A stretch of 61,757 nt of DNA from an uncultured Verrucomicrobiota bacterium (GCA_964388845.1 CAYMCD010000001.1:36556-98312), one strand, 5' to 3'. Counted from the first letter of the stretch, positions 45,101 to 51,039 are shown. The notes: generated by a model from the sequence alone, not told the origin. A program made the numbers and translations.

Positions 45101-47926
45101 TACTATCCCATGAGCACGAATGACCTCATCGTGATCGGGGATTCGGACGCCGGTCTGTCCGGCGAACCTGTCCGGTTTGTCGCGAGTACCAATTGCCTGG
45201 GCGCGCAATTCGAATGGATTGAAGTGGATGGATCGCCCTACCTGGTTCGCCTGCAGGGATCCCACTTCGATCTCGAAGGCTTCAGCTTCTACAAGTCGGG
45301 CGTGGAAGCGCTGGGAACCAACATCGCGCTGCGCAATGTGACGCTGAGCAATGCGGTGGCGTTCCTGGCGGGCGCGGACACGGTGGTCTCCAATATGAAT
45401 GTCATCGGGGGCACGGTGCAATCCGCGGGGCGCAACCAGAACCTGACCCGCATCATTGTGCGCGGCGGATTCATCCAGTTGAACGGCAGCGAGGTCACGC
45501 TGCAGAATTCGCTGGCCTATGGGACACAAACCGTTTCGGCGACGATCGGCGGAACCAATATCACGCTGATCAACAACTCGCTGGTGGCGCGCCGGACCGC
45601 GGTGATCGTGGATGGCGGCGACGCATCGGCGACGCTTCGCAACAACATCATCGTGGCGGACGGCGACCAGGGCGATGCGTTCGCGATCCAGATCAAGTCC
45701 GGCGCCATTAATTCGGATTACAACAACATCGTCGCGCGCAACCGCGCCTGGATCGGCAATGTGGACGGCTACTGGGAGCGGTTGCTGTACTGGCAGCGCG
45801 CGTCCGGCCAGGATCTCAACAGCATTTCGGTGGAGCCGCTGTTCGCCGATGAGTCGAACGGCGACCTGCATCCCCAATCCACCGCCGGACGCTGGACCCC
45901 GTTGGGATTTGTGATTGATCCGCAGCACGCGATGACGATTGACCTCGGTTCGCCCAGTTCCTCGTTCGCTCGGGAGACCGCGCCCAACGGAAGCCGCATC
46001 AATCTGGGCGCGTTCGGCAACACCGCCGAGGCCAGCCGCAGCCGTGTGGATCCGTGGTTGTTCGCCATCACCATGAACGACGGCGGGGTGCTGAAGGGCA
46101 CCAATACGCTGCGGTGGGCGTCCGGCAACCTGACCAATGGGGCCACGGTCACCATCCGGTATTCGCCGGACAATGGCGCCAGCTGGACGAGTGTGGCCGC
46201 GGGGGTCACGGCGTCCGCCGGCCAGTACGAATGGGATTCAACCGGCTTCACGTCCAGCCTGCATGCCCTGTGGGATGTGGTTTTGGAAACCGACACCAAT
46301 GTCCGAGACCAGGTGGATGGACCCTTCGCGCTCCGCAACACCCCCCTGAATTTCTATGTCAACGACGCGGCCACGGCCGGCGATGTGTACACCCTCGCGG
46401 TGGGCGCGACCACCAACGACGGATTGACGACTTCCACCCCCATGCGCTGGCTGTCCGACCTGCTCGACACCTACGACACCGAAGGCGGAGACGTGGTGTA
46501 TGTGGATACCGGTTCCTACAGCCTGACCCAGAACGTCGTGGTGATCTGGTCGCGGGGCGGGGACCCCACGAACGGCCCGCTTTGGATCTGGGGGAGCACG
46601 AACTTCCCGTCCGGCGGATCGGTCTTCTCGCGCAATCTCCTTTCGCCGGATTCCGCGGCGTTGGATATCAAGGCCTCGCACGTGCGCGTCCGCAACATGA
46701 CCATGAAAAATGCGGCCGCCGGCGTGCTGCTGGACTCGAATCGCTTCGTGGTGATCGAGCGTATGAACCTGGTCAGCAACATGCAGGGCGTCGTGATCCG
46801 GAAATCGTTCGAGCCCGCCCTGCGCAACAACGTGTTCCGCCACAACGTCACCGGCGGCGTGGAGATCGTCCAGTCCGTGAGCAATACGGTGGAAAACAAC
46901 ACGTTCCACGCGAACCCCTACTATGGCATCCGTCTGGATAGCGCCGCCCCGAATGTGCTGCAGAACAATATCTTCAGCCTGAATACCACCAACACCGCGG
47001 CCTATGCCGGTGTCCTTGACGAAGTGTTCATTGATTACAACGTCTACTACTTCACGACGAATAACGTCGCGATCTTCGGATCCCAGAGCAACCTGCTGGC
47101 CTGGCAGTTGGCGACGGCCCGCGACTACCGGAGCGCGGCGACCAACCCCCTGTTTGCCAACCTGGCCGGCGGCGATTTCCACCTGGAGTCCTTCGCCGGC
47201 AGGTGGGTGGATGGCGCCGGCTTCACGTCGGATGTCCAGACCTCGTGGGCGGTGGACCGCGGGGCGACGAATTCGGCGTATGACCTCGAAGCCGTGCCGA
47301 ACGGCGCGCGCATCAATATCGGCGCCTACGGGAACACCGAATACGCCAGCAAGGGGCTGGTCAGCACGCAGATCGTGGTGGAGACCCGGATCCTCAACAC
47401 CCCGACGTTCATCCGGGAGACCAACTCGATCTGGCCGCTGATCTGGAGCGTGATCAACGTGCCCACCACCGAGCTGTTCCATGTGCAGTTCTCCGGCGAT
47501 GGCGGCGACACCTGGTACACGATCTCGAATAATGTGCCGGCGTACCGGGAGGTGATCGTGTGGCAGGCGAGCCCGTTCTTCAACACCTACCGGGGCCTCT
47601 GGCGCGTGGTCGGCGTGGGCGATACGAACTACTGGGATGTGAACGACGCCCAGTTCCAGCTCTTCTTCGGCACCTTCCGCGTCACCCAAATCTACTACGA
47701 CCAAAACACCAACGGAATCGTCTTCCGCGGGGCGTGGGATGAGCAGTACCAGGTCCAATGGGCGACCAATGTGTCCGGCAGCAACTATGTCTGGTGGGAC
47801 GCGGTGGACGGCACCGGCGCGCAGGAGCTCGCCAGCTTCCTGTCCACCAACGGCGGGGACTTCATCTACAGGGACCGCGACAGCACGAATCAGCGGTTCC
47901 GCCTCTACCGGGTGCTCCAGGAATAG
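30107..47926 (+). CDS. Giant secreted protein (5,939 aa) of 13 tandem right-handed beta-helix (PbH1/CASH-like) + Asp-box beta-sandwich modules
   Basis: A single stop-free frame of 17,820 nt. The ATG at 30143 yields the signal peptide MKFSRPFPSRRFVFFNPAILLAAAFFGFLMPAHG. The entry motif [FY]Y[VL]ND..GD[VL]Y...DLEPGD.[VI]Y[VI]DTG.Y recurs 13 times. PbH1-like turns, the cap motif DP.F.D...GDFHL.S..GR...SP.IDAGDP...EP.PNG.R.N.G..GNT and the Asp-box S.D.G.[ST]W recur in nearly every module. Confidence 0.9.
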   Translation: MNRAGDILKGSAMKFSRPFPSRRFVFFNPAILLAAAFFGFLMPAHGTLYYLNDLSMSGDVYAGAVGSDANDGLAPATPKLTFTNLLATYNLVAGDVVYIDTGTYTNYSTTITNAGTGGSPIIIQGSTNYPAGGTVFDRRSSSFNVITLLSARNINLHDLTLRGGQNGFGANAITNVILDRVLSVSNSSGFFLGNSSVVFLRRCASARNSVGLDVPSGGPIYWDQGVMWSNTTSINIPGTVSVSNSVIVGGILYSSLSARPLDYTILWNVTYPGGADYLSDFIAATTNDGRIAVVDPLFANPAGFDFHVSSVVGRHNPATGLRVTDLVHSVAIDFGNPALAYTNEPEPRGEAINVGLFGHHPEASQSPTNPWYFAYSYNDGGTLTGTGSLRWTYGAVSNGTTVRLQYSTDSGTSWSNIASGLSVTNRQHTWVATGTVSSLNMIWRVQDETLTNVWDRSDSNFTLKASAGVTFTAYVNDTTTAGDVYCSAAGSAGNDGLSPATPRTDLPGVLDAYDFGPGDVIYVDTGLYTTRVAIAAADRGSGGLPLMIIGSTNLPAGGSNIDRGGGSVDGISIGSSANFIHLYNLTVRNSRYAIDQFQSQACEFHDMRMYSNLNGYRGVTVFSNRLLRCLAVGNGVGFEWSGGGANLLDLCVSWSNTSHLGFGGSGVGAVSNTIIGGGGTAFGGAAAPSNSNHLLFWNVSLGGGFISLYDFQKSRNGSWQSSFGDPAFAGPTNLPYYLSSTAGRYDPLTDSFVTDAVYSAAIDFADPLRPVGDETAPNGSRVNAGIHGGTVFASRSATSFVLRALSLQDGGQLSVGDSVYWSAVNAPTGATVRIEFSGDGGFSWNTVATNLAATNGVYAWTSTNHPSSTLARWRVVYESDPLVLSVLGTNFTFRNGPFLYYLNDSSTTGDLYTTAAGSDANAGSTPASPKATFTNLLATVDLEPGDVVYIDTGRYRSSVTPVITVSDSGVATNLVIFQFSTNWVAGGAIQDRLAAGIGLDFASGSGHVDIRNAVMTNCTVGVRVTSATGVRLTGARFAHMKENGIVLVGAVSATVERCAVYLNATNGLSVSGTSSAHIRHSVFWRNRGAQVAVDGGVVSITNSILVTAGSGAPVYRVATATNIQANYNGVFAESNAAIAAVGTLAEGLDTLSAWQHWTGQDRLSLDADPYFADPVNGDFHLKTQTAEGRYDPLSGLFLSDPVTSPMIDAADPGSGFSNEPAPNGSRANIGMFGNTSEASRGRTAAWLLAASLRQGGWVKGTATLHWVAGNLATDSHVRVDISLNGGHSWQTLSTGVVLAAESVAWDTTATNNTPAGLWRVVSLADTNVSDSTTNFFAVRNATLALYLNDAATSNDTYTSAAGAATNWVATAAQPLNSLALAVSRFDLEPGDVLYVDAGTYAENANIEFTRLDGGLTNQPVLILGPTNGFRAIHQRGSTAVGSVGVSFSGTRAVALSNLVFHGARVGVQVDSSAHLSLGIGATANSSNGFSIITSTNISLRRVFSSANGGRGLFLGTNTTVVLEHAVLWSNTLGGLQLRSGTVEISNSVVHATGTGRYAYELNATTDVLRANFNNVVMESSAQAMLRAGQALRFLSNVRSTLGQELNSLSHPPGFADSGALDFSLASEAGRFAPGSGIVTDGVTSVMIDSGDPARSAAVEPAPNGERVNIGLYGQTDRASFSRTNAWLLAVTLNDGGVVRGTNAIYWVAGGVATGHLVTVQFSADAGATWTNVATNLTAATGIYTNWDTTVHGSTLLGYWRVVSESDTNVLDVTDAPFVLNNGALTYYVNDGSTNGDVYATAPGASLNDGSLPSAPAASVEEILSRYALNAGDRILIDTGTYSLNATFLVDGTIVGSATNPIVFQGSTNVAAGGTVFDRNQGDTAIELRGAVGLSLRDLVVRRARRPFYVNGVTNVSFEHVGVEGGKDFLTQPFGYEIQNSSTVLLNRCAVYGVTNANGVAIRASTVVGLRLLNCVSWSNQLALEVISSQAVVSNSTFSAFGSAASAYRIALGAAVSGNYNNFDLRNGAVLARETVNILSPSLTGVQTYDSLTSWQRVKGVDLRSLSHEPDFADPDTYDFHLRSQGGRWQPGVGVVTDLVSSVLLDAGDPGIAPAGEPSPNGGRINIGRYGNTVDASRTPTNGRLTAVALNDGGIAAGTNVTLYWIAGGDVTNHQLRVDISYDDGFAWVLLASNLAGTVSTLQWDTTSWLTQPLVRWRVQSQVNSNIVDLNDRWFQIRNSNVVYYVNDGNLTGDVYTTAAGYEFNNGLASNMPKPFINDVLEQYDLEPGDTIYVDTGVYSPTGVVTWGYQDSGSAAERVALYGSTNRAAGGSDLVLGMQLDNARSLMIQDLVVSATGAVRNFGLNLQSVSNLWVTDVAVRGAPGNGFAVRESTAVLFERCAVAGAVTNGLFDTGSSGTRWLSGVLWSNRTGLRSQALAAGPLAMSNTLVAALAANQIGLIVASNAWSDYNAYWVTNGAQVANEFVTGREFPLQYLSVGRWAADTLRDTHTLAVNPDVVPDPVGYYLRSQAGRFDPSTGLFTNDATTSPLVDAGDPLAVATNEPAPNGERLNIGLQGNTDRASKTPTNASLLVVSLRDGGVARAEQLLYWVARGDATGHTVLVEYSPDMGLTWTNVATNVPASGGSYTWTSTSFPSTVLGLWRVSSESQPAVTDISRQPFAVRNGPVLFYVNDAATAGDVYSLVAGSETNLGVSPASPLLDLQDLLDRYDLEPGDVVYVDTGSYSNSASISIGQQDSGSSSGLGDVIIQGSTNEAAGGSRMVAVSAQPVFEVFDGRYISFRDVRLDAGAGSGFLLQKTIAIRFDRVAVRNGQYAFQTIDSQQTVWRQCVAQDYLTAGLAGQSAASLNWEAGVFWSGGTSAVQLANASLSMSNSIVGAWGANRFVYRLDFNSTLNSDYNGVWLDEGAMMGYQTVLSPLKYPMIWETLSRWARDTGRDRFSVFGDPRFHDSTNGSFYLRSEGGRFDPVAAAFTNDTVTSPFIDAGAPLSAFGSETAPNGGRLNLGPQGNTARASRTPTNSALLTVSLNDGGRAEGSTWPLFWLARGNATGHTVRLEYSSNTGVSWSVIATGLPARVVSPYFWDSTAFTSTVHSLWRVASEIESGVQASNARPFALRNQGLRFYVNDSAVTGDVYTAAPGDSGGNGTDPAQPRDSLQSVLDSYDIEPGDVIYLDTGVYQLADTPIRWSRFDAWNSMTNLAALQAGGISVLLQGSTNVIAGGSLLTAIDSPVALVLTQALGVAVKNVDIRRVVAGSGVGIEVVDSQYVSLQWMQIRNGSDGFYINQSSFVGISNALAQGHSIAGLRTRLSSDTRWQGGVLWSNTYGVLQDDGAAGSLTVLNTAFGAVRTGAFAIIRVQGVLSSDYNDIFRTNGGFTAGLIQGGSIGGGTTRYETVTSWFNQSGNDGRTLASDPRFASLSDFHLQSPEGRYVTGTGFITNVSDAFSPLIDAGNPSSPYALESAPNGGRVNIGVYGNSPEASRSPSNGLLTTITFNDGGSAEGTIELRWNASGVATGQFVTIQFSNNGGLTWTNVATNVPGNLGSYSWNSAPYGRAAAGLWRLFSQTDTNVQDVTDRFFALRNGGSIPYYVNDGATAGDVYCTSAGNDDFDGYLPSTPKATLQALLAAVDLEPGDIVYVDTGTYLLSQTLTVGDLDAGTASNRVVIQGSTNRVAGGTVFNRQTGAGTGIEIFQTAGIELRDLRVINAAIGVSLREADQCKIVRVRSDLHNSAAFSSDLVGTNLFEGCIAAFSSNGLIAASGWVQWHNGIIYGNGSPILLNSSGSLDIRNSFVSAVGSSRRIFSVTESGGSITADYNSYRRQENALLYERTRSIGGPEIYPSLTDWQLAYGQDLRTLTMDPLMVNPDAGEFNLQSATGRFLENGSLTNDPGVFSPLIDTGDPAFAYTNETGPNGGRINIGNFGNTPFASLSQTNPWLLALSFNDGGTIRGTVTVYWAAGGMSSTNLVRLEQALDGVDFTPFASNIPAFAGSYTWDVSALPPSPLARWRVVCEACSASDQNDASVYIRNSALTIYINDGDTAGDVYTSAEGHPTNSGLSADSPLHDPDWAFQKFILGPDDVIYIDTGSYTLTNSAGMQIGLVGSVLEQGLSNQPIRIQGSTNTLSGGSLIAGLASSNAYAMQILDTRNVEVADVRLSGSGRGLQITRSTDISLRRIELFEHSLDGLSVSLSAPVIADRLVSRDNAGYGIQADSDAMVQLDHGVLWDNTKGAITLSASQLWMTNSILHSSVTNTYLVSAAGTTLSAFGDYNIFWVTNGAEIGRDQTRQLFARNLKAWQVLAGGDTNSAVLDPLLAQPGLGDVHLMSEAGRFNPATTSFVLDAATSWAIDAGEPAADASEETAPNGGRVNAGRYGGTVEASRTMTNSATRAVRIVSFNDGGQMTEAQPLNWYARGYTGLQSLRLEYSANNGLTWSTVATNIPATNQTYFWSPHPTNSSPVALWRLVDESDPARAVTNQRTFALRLQPLVFYVNDASTTGDIYATAVGSPTNNALTPGSPMDSIADVVDRYDLESFDQILVDTGYYVITNAVRLRSDDGGVNTNYVYITGSTNRLAGGTQLDRQSANLGSLLETDEIFNILDSSFFDISHLTLLNANAAISLNLARSCVFSNIVITSGGRTGIESAGGGPNYYRRILVTDHLGSGLVLAEIAYIDSSVVWSNGGSAILANAGALYISNSVLHATGTNYCYRLGESAVVRADFNDLYTVGGSRPALLGNLELEGLPQWTLLSGEDARSVSIDPLFYDPLNMDFHPRSPAGRFDPVSGVYVVTDAVYSYLVDTGATNHPYASEPAPNGERRNIGLHGDTSQASKGRTNEWLLALTGSSGGRLSGQFNLHWAWGQMDPTNTVHIDFSYDDGTNWIRVATNRPVSSGQFFWDTTTEPLAVTPIARWRLLKVADTNVYDVTDLSFALNGPFGFYVNDSSTNCDVFTTAVGTNSNLGIYPSIPKASLRDVVETWDMDAGDTVYIDTGYYPMSTNDLIVIGDSDAGLSGEPVRFVASTNCLGAQFEWIEVDGSPYLVRLQGSHFDLEGFSFYKSGVEALGTNIALRNVTLSNAVAFLAGADTVVSNMNVIGGTVQSAGRNQNLTRIIVRGGFIQLNGSEVTLQNSLAYGTQTVSATIGGTNITLINNSLVARRTAVIVDGGDASATLRNNIIVADGDQGDAFAIQIKSGAINSDYNNIVARNRAWIGNVDGYWERLLYWQRASGQDLNSISVEPLFADESNGDLHPQSTAGRWTPLGFVIDPQHAMTIDLGSPSSSFARETAPNGSRINLGAFGNTAEASRSRVDPWLFAITMNDGGVLKGTNTLRWASGNLTNGATVTIRYSPDNGASWTSVAAGVTASAGQYEWDSTGFTSSLHALWDVVLETDTNVRDQVDGPFALRNTPLNFYVNDAATAGDVYTLAVGATTNDGLTTSTPMRWLSDLLDTYDTEGGDVVYVDTGSYSLTQNVVVIWSRGGDPTNGPLWIWGSTNFPSGGSVFSRNLLSPDSAALDIKASHVRVRNMTMKNAAAGVLLDSNRFVVIERMNLVSNMQGVVIRKSFEPALRNNVFRHNVTGGVEIVQSVSNTVENNTFHANPYYGIRLDSAAPNVLQNNIFSLNTTNTAAYAGVLDEVFIDYNVYYFTTNNVAIFGSQSNLLAWQLATARDYRSAATNPLFANLAGGDFHLESFAGRWVDGAGFTSDVQTSWAVDRGATNSAYDLEAVPNGARINIGAYGNTEYASKGLVSTQIVVETRILNTPTFIRETNSIWPLIWSVINVPTTELFHVQFSGDGGDTWYTISNNVPAYREVIVWQASPFFNTYRGLWRVVGVGDTNYWDVNDAQFQLFFGTFRVTQIYYDQNTNGIVFRGAWDEQYQVQWATNVSGSNYVWWDAVDGTGAQELASFLSTNGGDFIYRDRDSTNQRFRLYRVLQE
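30248..47653 (+). repeat. 13 diverged tandem coding repeats, period ~1.27-1.41 kb
   Basis: Module starts (Y-x-N-D motif) lie at approximately 30248, 31520, 32801, 34138, 35459, 36828, 38162, 39515, 40904, 42233, 43595, 44935 and 46349. The last module ends near 47653. Copies differ extensively at the nucleotide level. Confidence 0.85.
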
Positions 47927-47959
47927 ACGGGCCCCGGGAGGCGGGCATAGCCCCCGCGG

Positions 47960-49411
47960 TCAGCGCCGCCAGAAGCTGGGAATCAGTACCACCAGCATGG
48001 TGTAAAGCTCGAGCCGGCCCATTAGCATGCACAGGGTGAGGATCAGTTTCCCGCCCGCCGGCACAAACGCATAGTTCCCGCTGGGTCCCACCTGCCCGAG
48101 ACCCGGCCCGACATTCCCGAGCGCGGCGACCACGGAAGAGACGGCCGCGACCGGATCGGGGACGAAAGCCATCATCGCGGCGGAGGCGCCGGCGAAAACC
48201 AGAATAAAAATGATAAAAAACGCGCCGATCATCGAAACAATTTCCGCCTCCACCAGCTGGCGCCCGACTTTTACGTGATAGATGGCCTGGGGCTGGATGA
48301 AAAGCTTCAATTCGCGAGCGACCTGTTTGAGAAGGACGAGAACGCGGATCATCTTGATGCCCCCGGCGGTGGATCCGGCGCAGCCGCCGATAAACATCAG
48401 CAGCAACAGCACAAACTGCGACAGCGCCGGCCACAGGGCGAAGTCGTCCGTGCTGAAACCCGTGGTGGTCAGGATCGAGACGACGGTGAAGCAGATGCCT
48501 CGAAAGGCCGCGGACTGGTCGCCGGACGGGTTTCGCAAAGCGGTGTTGAGCGCAATGATCGCGATGGCGCCGATCGTAATGAGGGCGTAGAGCCTCCACT
48601 CCGGGTCGCGCACCCATGCGGCGAGTTCACCGCGGAGGATCCGCCAATGGAGCGCGAAGTTGATTCCGCTCATGAACATGAAGGCGATAAGAATCCACTC
48701 GATCGCGGGATTCTGGAACGCCGCGATGCTGATGGAACGCGTCGAAAATCCGCCCGTCGCGATGGTGGCAAAGGAGTGGCAGACGGCATCAAGCCAGGAC
48801 ATGCCCATGATCCACAACAGGAACGTAAGCGCGACCGCCAACCCGACGTAGACCCCCCAGAGGAGTTTTGCGGTGTTTGCGATCCGCGGAGTCAGGCGAT
48901 CCTTTGACGGGCCAGCCGCTTCAGCCCGGTAGATTTGCATGCCGCCGGATCCCAGCAACGGGAGGATGGCCACGCAGAGCACGAGAATGCCCATGCCGCC
49001 CAGAAAATGCGTGATGGCGCGCCAGAGGAGGATTGCGCGCGGAGCCTGTTCCAAGTCCTGGAGGACGGATGCGCCCGTGGTCGTGAAACCCGATACCGAC
49101 TCGAACCAGGCGCCCGCCGCGTCGGTTATGACGCCGGAAAGAAGGAAGGGGAGGGCTCCGACCACGGTACTGAGCAGCCATCCGAAGCTGACGATGCCGG
49201 CGCCATCGCGCCGGTTCAGGTCAATCGGTCCGCGGGTAAAGGTCCAGAGGGAGGCGCCCACGACCAGGGCGATCGTGGCGGATACGGCGAACGCCCATCG
49301 CGCCGCCCATGGATCGCCGAAGAACGTGCCGGCCGCCCAGCAGACCAGCATGCTCAGCCCGAGCACGATCGGCAGGAAGGAAACCAGGTGGAAAACGGCG
49401 CGATAATTCAC
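47960..49411 (-). CDS. trkH: TrkH/KtrB-family potassium uptake membrane subunit, 483 aa
   Basis: GTG start at 49411. Motifs FESVSGFTTTGASV, FLGGMGILV, FATIATGGFS, ILTTTGFST and GCAGSTAGGIK, which are the pore-loop repeats typical of TrkH. Confidence 0.9.
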   Translation of the reverse strand: MNYRAVFHLVSFLPIVLGLSMLVCWAAGTFFGDPWAARWAFAVSATIALVVGASLWTFTRGPIDLNRRDGAGIVSFGWLLSTVVGALPFLLSGVITDAAGAWFESVSGFTTTGASVLQDLEQAPRAILLWRAITHFLGGMGILVLCVAILPLLGSGGMQIYRAEAAGPSKDRLTPRIANTAKLLWGVYVGLAVALTFLLWIMGMSWLDAVCHSFATIATGGFSTRSISIAAFQNPAIEWILIAFMFMSGINFALHWRILRGELAAWVRDPEWRLYALITIGAIAIIALNTALRNPSGDQSAAFRGICFTVVSILTTTGFSTDDFALWPALSQFVLLLLMFIGGCAGSTAGGIKMIRVLVLLKQVARELKLFIQPQAIYHVKVGRQLVEAEIVSMIGAFFIIFILVFAGASAAMMAFVPDPVAAVSSVVAALGNVGPGLGQVGPSGNYAFVPAGGKLILTLCMLMGRLELYTMLVVLIPSFWRR

Positions 49412-49418
49412 GTCGTGG

Positions 49419-50768
49419 CTAGCCCCCGAACAAGTCCTCGATCCGGCTGACCGCCGCGGGCAGCGAAAACAGGATCAGGCGGTCGTCCGCGCGGAGGACC
49501 AGATCGCCGGTCGGCGCGGTCACGGCCGGGCCGCGCAGGACGGTGGCGATCATGACCCCCGCCGGGATGCGGATGGATCGGATCGGCTTGTCCACCCACC
49601 GGTGCCCCGAAGGCAACGCGACATCCAGCAACTCTCCGGGCAGCTTGTGCAGCAGCGCGGCGGCCTTGACGTTCTTGCCGCGTACGAAGTGCAGGATGGC
49701 GTTGATCATGGACATGTGCGAGCTGACAGCCCGGTCCAGGAGGCTCAAACTGCCGATGATCGGCACGTACTCGGGACGCGTCACCTGAGCCAGCGTGAAG
49801 GTGGCGCCCGCCTTTTCCGCCAGCAGGCAGATCATGATGTTGTTTTCATCGCTGCCCGTGACCGCCGCAAATGCGCAGCCGCGTACCACGCCCGCGTTCT
49901 CGAGGGTCTCCTGGTCGAGCGCGTCGCCCTTGATCACGAGCGTGCGGTCCAGCAGCAGGGAGCAGGCCTCCGCGCGCTCCGTGTTGCGCTCGATGAGCAC
50001 AACCGGCGTCCCGGTCTTTTCCATTCGAAGGGCCAATTGCAGCCCCAGGTCGCCGCCTCCGGCGATGATGACCTTCTCAAAGCGCTCGTGCTCCGGGCTG
50101 GACCACTCGAGGAACGCGGTCACGTCCGCGGGCTCTCCGCAGAAATAGAGGTCGTCCCCAATCATCAATTGGGTGTCGCCCTTTGGAATCAGCAGCTCGT
50201 CCGCGCGCACGAGGCCGATGAACCGGATGCGCTGGAGCAACTCGGGGCGGGGAAATTCCTTCAGCGTCTGCATGACCAGCGGGCTGTCCATGTGCACCTT
50301 GATCCCGACGGCCAGGACCCGCCCCTCCAGCATGTCTACGGCTTCGATCGTCCCGGGCATCCGGAGAATGGTGAAAATCTCGTCAGCGCATTCCTCCTTC
50401 TGGCTTATGATGAGGTCTATGCCCATCTTGCGCAGGTCGAACTTCGCATGCGCATGGATGAAGTCGGGATTGGAAACGCGCGCGACCTTGTGCGGCACGC
50501 CGGCGGCATTGGCGAACGCGCAGGCCAGGATGTTGACCTCGTCCTTGTCGGTGACGGCCACCAGGAGATCGGTCTTCATCAGCTCGGCCTTTTCAAGGAC
50601 CTTGGGGCTTGAGCCCTCTCCGGCAATGGTCTGGATGTCCAACTGGGCGGCGACTTCGTTCAGGGCCGCTTCGTCGCGGTCCACAATCACGATGTCGTGC
50701 CGTTCTTCGCCCAGTTTGGCCGCCAAATATCGCCCCGCATTGCCCGCGCCAACGATGAGTATTCGCAT
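49419..50768 (-). CDS. trkA: TrkA potassium uptake NAD-binding (tandem RCK) subunit, 449 aa
   Basis: ORF trimmed to the ATG at 50768 (MRILIVGAGNAGRYLAAKL), preceded by GAGGGGGA. The second Rossmann is KVIIAGGGDLGLQLALRM. It lies 8 nt upstream of trkH. Confidence 0.9.
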   Translation of the reverse strand: MRILIVGAGNAGRYLAAKLGEERHDIVIVDRDEAALNEVAAQLDIQTIAGEGSSPKVLEKAELMKTDLLVAVTDKDEVNILACAFANAAGVPHKVARVSNPDFIHAHAKFDLRKMGIDLIISQKEECADEIFTILRMPGTIEAVDMLEGRVLAVGIKVHMDSPLVMQTLKEFPRPELLQRIRFIGLVRADELLIPKGDTQLMIGDDLYFCGEPADVTAFLEWSSPEHERFEKVIIAGGGDLGLQLALRMEKTGTPVVLIERNTERAEACSLLLDRTLVIKGDALDQETLENAGVVRGCAFAAVTGSDENNIMICLLAEKAGATFTLAQVTRPEYVPIIGSLSLLDRAVSSHMSMINAILHFVRGKNVKAAALLHKLPGELLDVALPSGHRWVDKPIRSIRIPAGVMIATVLRGPAVTAPTGDLVLRADDRLILFSLPAAVSRIEDLFGG

Positions 50769-51039
50769 AACAAGTCCCCCTCTCGCGAAGGGAATCCGCA
50801 ACCCGACCATGCTGCGCTATGTGCGTCCGGCGTTCAACAAGTAAGACAAAATGTTGATAAAGAATGTCGCTACATAATGATAGAGAACATGATACGCATA
50901 TTATCACAATGCGAACGATTCGTTGTATGCGCCCCATTTCGGGATGGAGGAGTCGCGGTTCGTGCGGGGATGGAACCTTCGCTTGCCTGATGGCGGGGAC
51001 ATGCCAGACTTATCGGATTGTCGGGGAGCCGCAATATTC

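Noticed and set aside
30248-47653. The regular ~1.3-kb tandem periodicity, considered as a possible CRISPR or satellite array.
   Set aside because: The units are 1.3 kb, lie in one continuous reading frame and are diverged coding repeats. There are no short identical repeats separated by unique spacers anywhere in the window.
50769-51039. The trkA 5' leader / divergent spacer, considered as a possible c-di-AMP (ydaO/kimA-type) riboswitch because it precedes a K+ uptake operon (contains GAGAGGGGGAC and GGATTCCC).
   Set aside because: I cannot reconstruct the pseudo-two-fold ydaO architecture or its conserved ACGGGGA/CCCG blocks by eye. An Infernal scan would be needed. The GGGGGA is more simply the trkA Shine-Dalgarno sequence.
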